DNA from: an uncultured Candidatus Rokubacteria bacterium
GTDB lineage: Bacteria; Methylomirabilota; Methylomirabilia; Rokubacteriales; CSP1-6
Length of the DNA stretch: 64,000 nt
Reading direction: 5' to 3'
Assembly: GCA_963754315.1 (NCBI GenBank)
Contig: CAVWFS010000018.1
Span: 96,001-160,000 of the forward strand
The position numbers were made by a program, and so were the translations under genes. Shown here one piece after another: positions 59,871 to 64,000 of this stretch; within the stretch, counting starts at the first letter, position 1, and each line of letters opens with the position of its first letter. The notes beneath the pieces are model-generated. The model searched no databases, was not told the origin of the DNA, and saw only the letters and a program-made list of their open reading frames with translations.

Positions 59871-60016
59871 CGGCCTCTCCACGGAGCCCTCGACGGGAGT
59901 CATGTGCCTGTCGACATTCCTTGCCCGCGCCGACTCTCCGGCACCGGCTGGCGGCGCCTCGCCTTCCGGAAGGCCACCTCCACCTATTGCCGAAATTCAA
60001 GGAGGTGGTACGAGCG

Positions 60017-61234
60017 TCAGTGAGCCACGCTCGGAGTGGGCAACCCAACCGCCAGCGGCCGCGGTGGGCGAAACGTGAACGCGATGGCCACTGCCCCCAG
60101 CCCAATGCCAAACGAGCCGATGAACAGCCAGAAGTAGCTGCCGAACGAGTCGTATAGCCAGCCGCCCGCCCACGGCCCGAGCGCCATACCCAGGGTTGAC
60201 ACAAAGGCGACTGCGCCGAGCACCGTCCCCACGATCCGGGCGCCGAAGTACTCACGAACGAGGATCGCGTAGAGGGGCATCACGCCGCCGTAGGCGAGGC
60301 CGAACATCATGGCGAGCGCGTAGAAGCCCGCGAGCTCACGCACCACGAGGTAGAGGCTGACGGCGGCTGCTTGCACGGCGAGTCCGGCCAGCAGTGTCCG
60401 CTTGGCGCCCACGCGGTCGGCCACGAGCCCGCAGATGATGCGCCCGCTCAGTGAGGCCAGACCCGCCACTCCGAAAACGGTCGCGGCCGCCATCGCCGGC
60501 ACGCCGTGATCGATCGCGTTGGTGACCATGTGGAAGATAGGGCCCGAGTGCGCCGCGCAGCAGGCAAAGTGCGTGAGCGAGATCGCGACGAACTGCGGCG
60601 TGCGTAGGGCTTCGGCCGCCGTGAATTCCCGGCCTCCCGTGCTCGCCGTTGACGTGGCCACGACCGCCGCCGTCGGGGCGGGGCGTACGAGCAAGGCCGT
60701 GGGAATGATGAGGAGCCAGGCGAGGTCGCCGAGCACCATCATGGCGGTGCGCCAGTCGTAGTTGGTGATGATCCAGCGAGCGAGGGGGGCCATGGTCATG
60801 GAGCCGAGGCCCATCCCCGCCGAGACGAGGGCGACGGCGAGGCTACGATGCTGCGTGAACCAACGGGTGGTCACGGCCGTCATGGGAGCGTAGAAGCTGC
60901 CGGCGGCGGCCCCCACCAGCACTCCGAAGAGGATCTGGAACTGTACGAGGGTGGCCGCCTGGCTGGCGGCGACCAGACCGAGTCCCAAGAGGGCACCGCC
61001 CGCGAGCAGGACCACGCGTGTCCCTAGCCGATCGGAAAGCGCTCCCCAGAAGAACGACGCGATGCCCATGCTGAGGAAATTGAGCAGCGCGGCCGTGGAA
61101 ACGCCCATGCGCGACCAGCCCATCGTGTCCACCATGGGCTGCAGGAACACGCTGAGCGACATCATGGTGCCGATCCCGATGCAGGTGACGACGATACCCA
61201 CGCCGACGATGACCCAGCCGTAGAAGAGCTTCAT
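60017..61234 (-). CDS. MFS transporter
   Basis: About 12 TM helices, GALSDRLGTR, GLVADRVGAKR. Confidence 0.92.
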   Translation of the reverse strand: MKLFYGWVIVGVGIVVTCIGIGTMMSLSVFLQPMVDTMGWSRMGVSTAALLNFLSMGIASFFWGALSDRLGTRVVLLAGGALLGLGLVAASQAATLVQFQILFGVLVGAAAGSFYAPMTAVTTRWFTQHRSLAVALVSAGMGLGSMTMAPLARWIITNYDWRTAMMVLGDLAWLLIIPTALLVRPAPTAAVVATSTASTGGREFTAAEALRTPQFVAISLTHFACCAAHSGPIFHMVTNAIDHGVPAMAAATVFGVAGLASLSGRIICGLVADRVGAKRTLLAGLAVQAAAVSLYLVVRELAGFYALAMMFGLAYGGVMPLYAILVREYFGARIVGTVLGAVAFVSTLGMALGPWAGGWLYDSFGSYFWLFIGSFGIGLGAVAIAFTFRPPRPLAVGLPTPSVAH

Positions 61235-61536
61235 GGCTGCTGGCCGGCCTTCACACGATCACGCATGCGGTTCCCCTCCGCTTCTATAGTCGCAAGGTCG
61301 GCGTGAGATCGACAGAGCCATCTGGTCCCATCCGTGCCGGCCAAGTCGGGTGGCCCGACCTCGTGGCTGGTGAGCGCCCTCTTGCGATCGACTGACTACG
61401 GCGCGAGGAGCGTGAACTTGTGAGCCTCCTTGGCCTCGCCATCGATCAGCAGATCCAAGGTGTACTCACCGTCAGGGTCTCGAGCAGACGCCTGCGCTGC
61501 CACGCGCTGACGTTGATACTGTTCGAAGCGCTGCGC

Positions 61537-62736
61537 TCAGCGCATGTTGCCGGTGTGGCCGAGCGAGTAGCGTCCGGGCTGAGGCCACACGGTCAGGCCA
61601 TGCGGCTCGCGCCCTACGGGAATGACGGTCACGGCGCCGGTGGAGGTGTCGATGGCGTAGACGACGTTGTCGTAGCGGCCCGAGAGCCACAGCACCTTTC
61701 CGTCGGCGCTCACATTGCCCATGTCGGGACTGCCTCCCCCCGGAATAGGCCAGTTCGTCTCGATCTTGCGGCTCGCGAAATCGATGACGGACACGCTCCC
61801 CTTTCCCTTGGGGGGTCCCCCGATGTGAGAGGAACCGCGGTTAGCCGCGTAGAGCTTCCGGCCGTCACGGCTCGGATAGAGGCCGTGCGTCCCGATGCCA
61901 GTGGGAATGAACTCCACCTCGGTGAAGGCGTCCCCGTCGATCACGTAGACACCGCCCGCCATCATCTCGGCCACGAAGAACACCTTGCCGTCGGGCGACA
62001 CTCGGATGTCCTGGGGCATGCCTCCCTTTGAGAGCCGGAGGTAGCCGAGCACCTTGCCGGCTACCATGTCGACCTTGACCAGGCTGCCCTGGAACTCACA
62101 GGTGAAGATCGCGTAGCGCCCGTCGATGGAGAAGTCCGCGTGGTTCACGCCGGCGCACCGCGGAACCGCCACGGACCGCTGGAGCTTCATGGTCTGAGGG
62201 TCGCGAAAGTCGAGCCGCTTCAGGGCCTCGGCCACCACGATGGCCGAGCGACCGTCCGGACTGAAGTACATGTTGTACGGATCGTCGACAGCGATGGGCT
62301 TTCCTGGCTTGCCGGTCGTGGGGTCGATCGGGGTCAGGCTGCCGTCTTTGCGCCCCTCGGCGTTGTTGGTCACCCAGAGGGTCTTGAGGTCGTGCGACGG
62401 CACCACGTGCTGCGGATTGACGCCCACGCGAAACCGGTCGACCACCTTCAAGGCGACCGGATCGATGACGTACACGTCGTTCGACTTGACATGCGGCACG
62501 TAGACGCGCGGGAGAGCGCCAGCGGTGCCGGGAGCGAGCTTTCCGGCCGCCGTCTCGCTATAGAGGTTGGCGGGATCGATGACGGGCGGCATTCCCGGGA
62601 TCGTAGCGATAGAGCTCGCGGACCCGGTGGCCCCGGGTTGTCCTGGAGCGCGGCCGGAATCGAGGGCCACCCCGAGCAGCAGAAGCAGCGCGAGCCCTCC
62701 ACGCGAGACACGTCGGGGATGGAGCAGACTCTTCAC
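61537..62736 (-). CDS. YncE/YVTN beta-propeller protein, secreted
   Basis: LWVTN, repeated SPDG..YV units, VYVID. Confidence 0.88.
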   Translation of the reverse strand: MKSLLHPRRVSRGGLALLLLLGVALDSGRAPGQPGATGSASSIATIPGMPPVIDPANLYSETAAGKLAPGTAGALPRVYVPHVKSNDVYVIDPVALKVVDRFRVGVNPQHVVPSHDLKTLWVTNNAEGRKDGSLTPIDPTTGKPGKPIAVDDPYNMYFSPDGRSAIVVAEALKRLDFRDPQTMKLQRSVAVPRCAGVNHADFSIDGRYAIFTCEFQGSLVKVDMVAGKVLGYLRLSKGGMPQDIRVSPDGKVFFVAEMMAGGVYVIDGDAFTEVEFIPTGIGTHGLYPSRDGRKLYAANRGSSHIGGPPKGKGSVSVIDFASRKIETNWPIPGGGSPDMGNVSADGKVLWLSGRYDNVVYAIDTSTGAVTVIPVGREPHGLTVWPQPGRYSLGHTGNMR

Positions 62737-62790
62737 GAAACCCTCCTGGGTCGTTGTTCGGTTCCTGGCCCACCCCGCGCGCCGACCTGC

Positions 62791-63604
62791 TCAGCGATGG
62801 GCGATCGCCTTCTGGATCGCCTGCACGGTGCGCGACACGATCACTTCCACGCCGAGCCGGCCCAGCTCGGCTGACGAGGCCCGCGGGTCGCCCTCCACTC
62901 CGTCCGTCGTCGACGCCTCGGGGCTACGCGCCAGCCGGTCGACTCGAACCAGGCGGGGATCGATGGCGAGCATGAGTGAGGTGTCCGCCAAACCCGCATG
63001 ACCGCCGATCTCGGCGTCCCCGTAGCCACGTGCGCGTAGAATGTCCCGGAATCCCTGGGTGCCGGCGCGATAGTAGTCATCGATCGCATGCACGCGCACA
63101 GGCGTTGCCTGCCCACTGCCGATTGAGCCGCGCCGCCACCGCCCGCTGCCCTGGCTGATTCGACCCGCTATCGCCGAGCAGAACGATATCCCGGAAGCCG
63201 TGAAGGCGAAGACTGCGGGCACCCGATTCGAGCACGCTCTGGAACGCTTGCTCGCTGAGCGTGATAGTGCCAGCGAAGCGCATGTGTCCGGTGGGTGGCG
63301 CCAGGCCGCCCTCCGGCACGTAGGCGAGCACGGGGGCCACCAGCGTCTTGCCGAGGGTCCGGGCAATCCGCTCGGAGAGGATACGTGCCCGGACGTTGTG
63401 CTTGCCCAGCGCCATGTGCGGCCCGTTCTGCTCGGTGCCGCCGGTGGGGAGGACGATGGTCGTCCACCCGCGCTGGATGACGTCGCGCAACTCGGTCCAC
63501 GTCAGGTCTTCGACGAACACGCTATCGAGGACGCCGGCCTGGACCCGCGCTCCCGCCAGCACAAGAGCGACTCCCACCACGACGGCCAGGCCCGTTGCCA
63601 ACAC
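62791..63604 (-). CDS. Creatininase-family protein with signal peptide; +1 frameshift at ~63108
   Basis: LTWTE, GGTEQNGPH, FAGTI, GDSGSNQ, then HAGLADTS and GVEGDP in the shifted frame. Confidence 0.82.
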
Positions 63605-63720
63605 GCCGGTAGCCTACAGGGCAAGCGTCCCGGAGTTCAACGAAACAGTGGCGGCGTGGCGCCGTCCCGGCCTATGGGGTATCGTCGAAGGAAGGCGCGG
63701 GTAGGACGAGACGAAACGTC

Positions 63721-64000
63721 ATGAGCCAGCTCAACGCCAAGGGGCGTGCGCGGTTACCCAACAGCGCCTTCGCCTACGTGGATGCGCGAGGGCGGAGGCG
63801 ACTGCCCATCAATGATGAGTCGCACGTCCGCAACGCTCTGGCCCGCTTCAACCAGGTGGCCTTCGAGGACGACGAGGCTCGAGAGCGCGCCCGCAAGCGT
63901 TTGCTCATCGCCGCCAAGCGGTACAGCATCGTCCCCGTCGGGTTCGTGACCGGTCAGCTCCGCTCGCAGATGAGTGCGGCCACGGCGGGCCGGTTGGTGA
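63721..64000 (+). CDS. DUF6582-like protein, truncated by the window end
   Basis: MSQLNAKGRARLPNSAFAYVDARGRRRLPINDESHVRNALARFNQV; open to base 64000. Confidence 0.7.
   Translation, partial: MSQLNAKGRARLPNSAFAYVDARGRRRLPINDESHVRNALARFNQVAFEDDEARERARKRLLIAAKRYSIVPVGFVTGQLRSQMSAATAGRLV

Noticed and set aside
61396..61480. Coding-like minus-strand fragment (DGEYTLDLLIDGEAKEAHKFTLLAP)
   Set aside because: No start codon or family assignment; at most a gene remnant.
1..64000. CRISPR array, rRNA or tRNA genes
   Set aside because: No repeat-spacer periodicity or RNA gene signatures seen; the repeats at 32262-34397 are coding domains.

Overview
64 kb of high-GC bacterial chromosome. It is gene-dense and dominated by transport and catabolic accessory genes: family-5 SBP, TRAP, Liv-type ABC, SDRs, amidohydrolases, LLM, CoA transferase/thiolase, UbiD plus CoA ligase, and aconitase. 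The gene repertoire resembles Candidatus Rokubacteria/Methylomirabilota (inference only). No rRNA, tRNA or CRISPR array was seen. Many genes, mostly in the first 11.3 kb, carry single-base frameshifts that look like long-read indel errors. Family assignments come from motif recognition, not database searches. Most notable observations: (1) an IS1380-family element (29818-31491) that appears to have carried 2.4 kb of adjacent DNA as an ISEcp1-like one-ended transposition unit (27410-31491), with an alternative IRR, a GTAAG target duplication, and a cargo of a haloperoxidase-like gene, an alphaproteobacterial-type hfq fragment and a short palindromic element; (2) a hidden 569-aa UGSC selenoprotein read through an in-frame TGA with a SECIS-like hairpin; (3) a phthaloyl-CoA-decarboxylase-like UbiD with a CoA ligase and ABC transporter; (4) a sigma54 activator fused to a degenerate cyclase and a STAND ATPase, facing a candidate enhancer and -24/-12 promoter for a small secreted protein; (5) an IPTL-CTERM surface protein with six SdrD-B-like repeats; (6) several apparent pseudo-enzymes (ClpP-like, sulfatase-like).
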